NCBI RefSeq assembly: GCF_006345805.1
Contig: NC_043018.1
Span: 19,158,001 to 19,222,000, forward strand
Source of the DNA: Octopus sinensis
Lineage: Eukaryota
Length of the DNA: 64,000 bases
Reading direction: 5' to 3'
Shown: positions 63,738 through 64,000 of the stretch, in pieces
How positions within the stretch are numbered: the stretch's first letter is position 1
How the letters are laid out: each line of letters starts with the position of its first letter
Made by a program: the position numbers and the translations under genes
Notes under the pieces: model-generated
The model's database searches: none
What the model was told of the DNA's origin: nothing
What the model saw: only the letters and a program-made list of their open reading frames with translations

Positions 63738-64000
63738 GTTTGTAGATTATGCGGTAAAGTGAAACAGATGACAAGAAAATTCAAAATGAAACAAAATGCC
63801 AAACCATTGAAGTTTCTGTGTTTCTATCTGAAAGTCCTCCTCCTCCTCCTTCTCCCCCTCTTGCTGCTGCTTCTTTTTCTTTCTCTCCTCCACCACCACC
63901 CATCCCGCTCCCTTCCACCTCTCCATTTCTCCTCCCTCCCCAGTTATCTCCCCCACCCAGTTCTCCCTTCTCTCCAGTCTCTTCTGCCCCCCCCCCTTGC

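Overview
AT-rich, repeat-dense metazoan genomic DNA, most likely an octopus (inferred from the SINE and microsatellite landscape). Three protein-coding loci are supported. (1) The last two coding exons of a SCAMP gene (+; 9656-9773 and 21563-21727). (2) An intronless ORF (-; 38605-39600) with a death-fold-like N-terminus and a caspase fold lacking both catalytic residues (pseudo-caspase). (3) The first two exons of FAHD2 (+; 42871/43084-43262 and 62183-62399), head-to-head with the pseudo-caspase. The rest is tRNA-derived SINEs, CR1 and RTE fragments, decayed mariner and Helitron elements, hAT/piggyBac/mariner MITEs, a 4.6-kb minisatellite and several duplications and palindromes. The most striking unannotated signal is about 10 type I hammerhead-ribozyme motifs, found by eye in five unrelated inverted-repeat element families. 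Most have self-complementary stem III/loop III sequences like the minimal hammerheads of Penelope-like elements, and two lie in sense orientation in host-gene introns.
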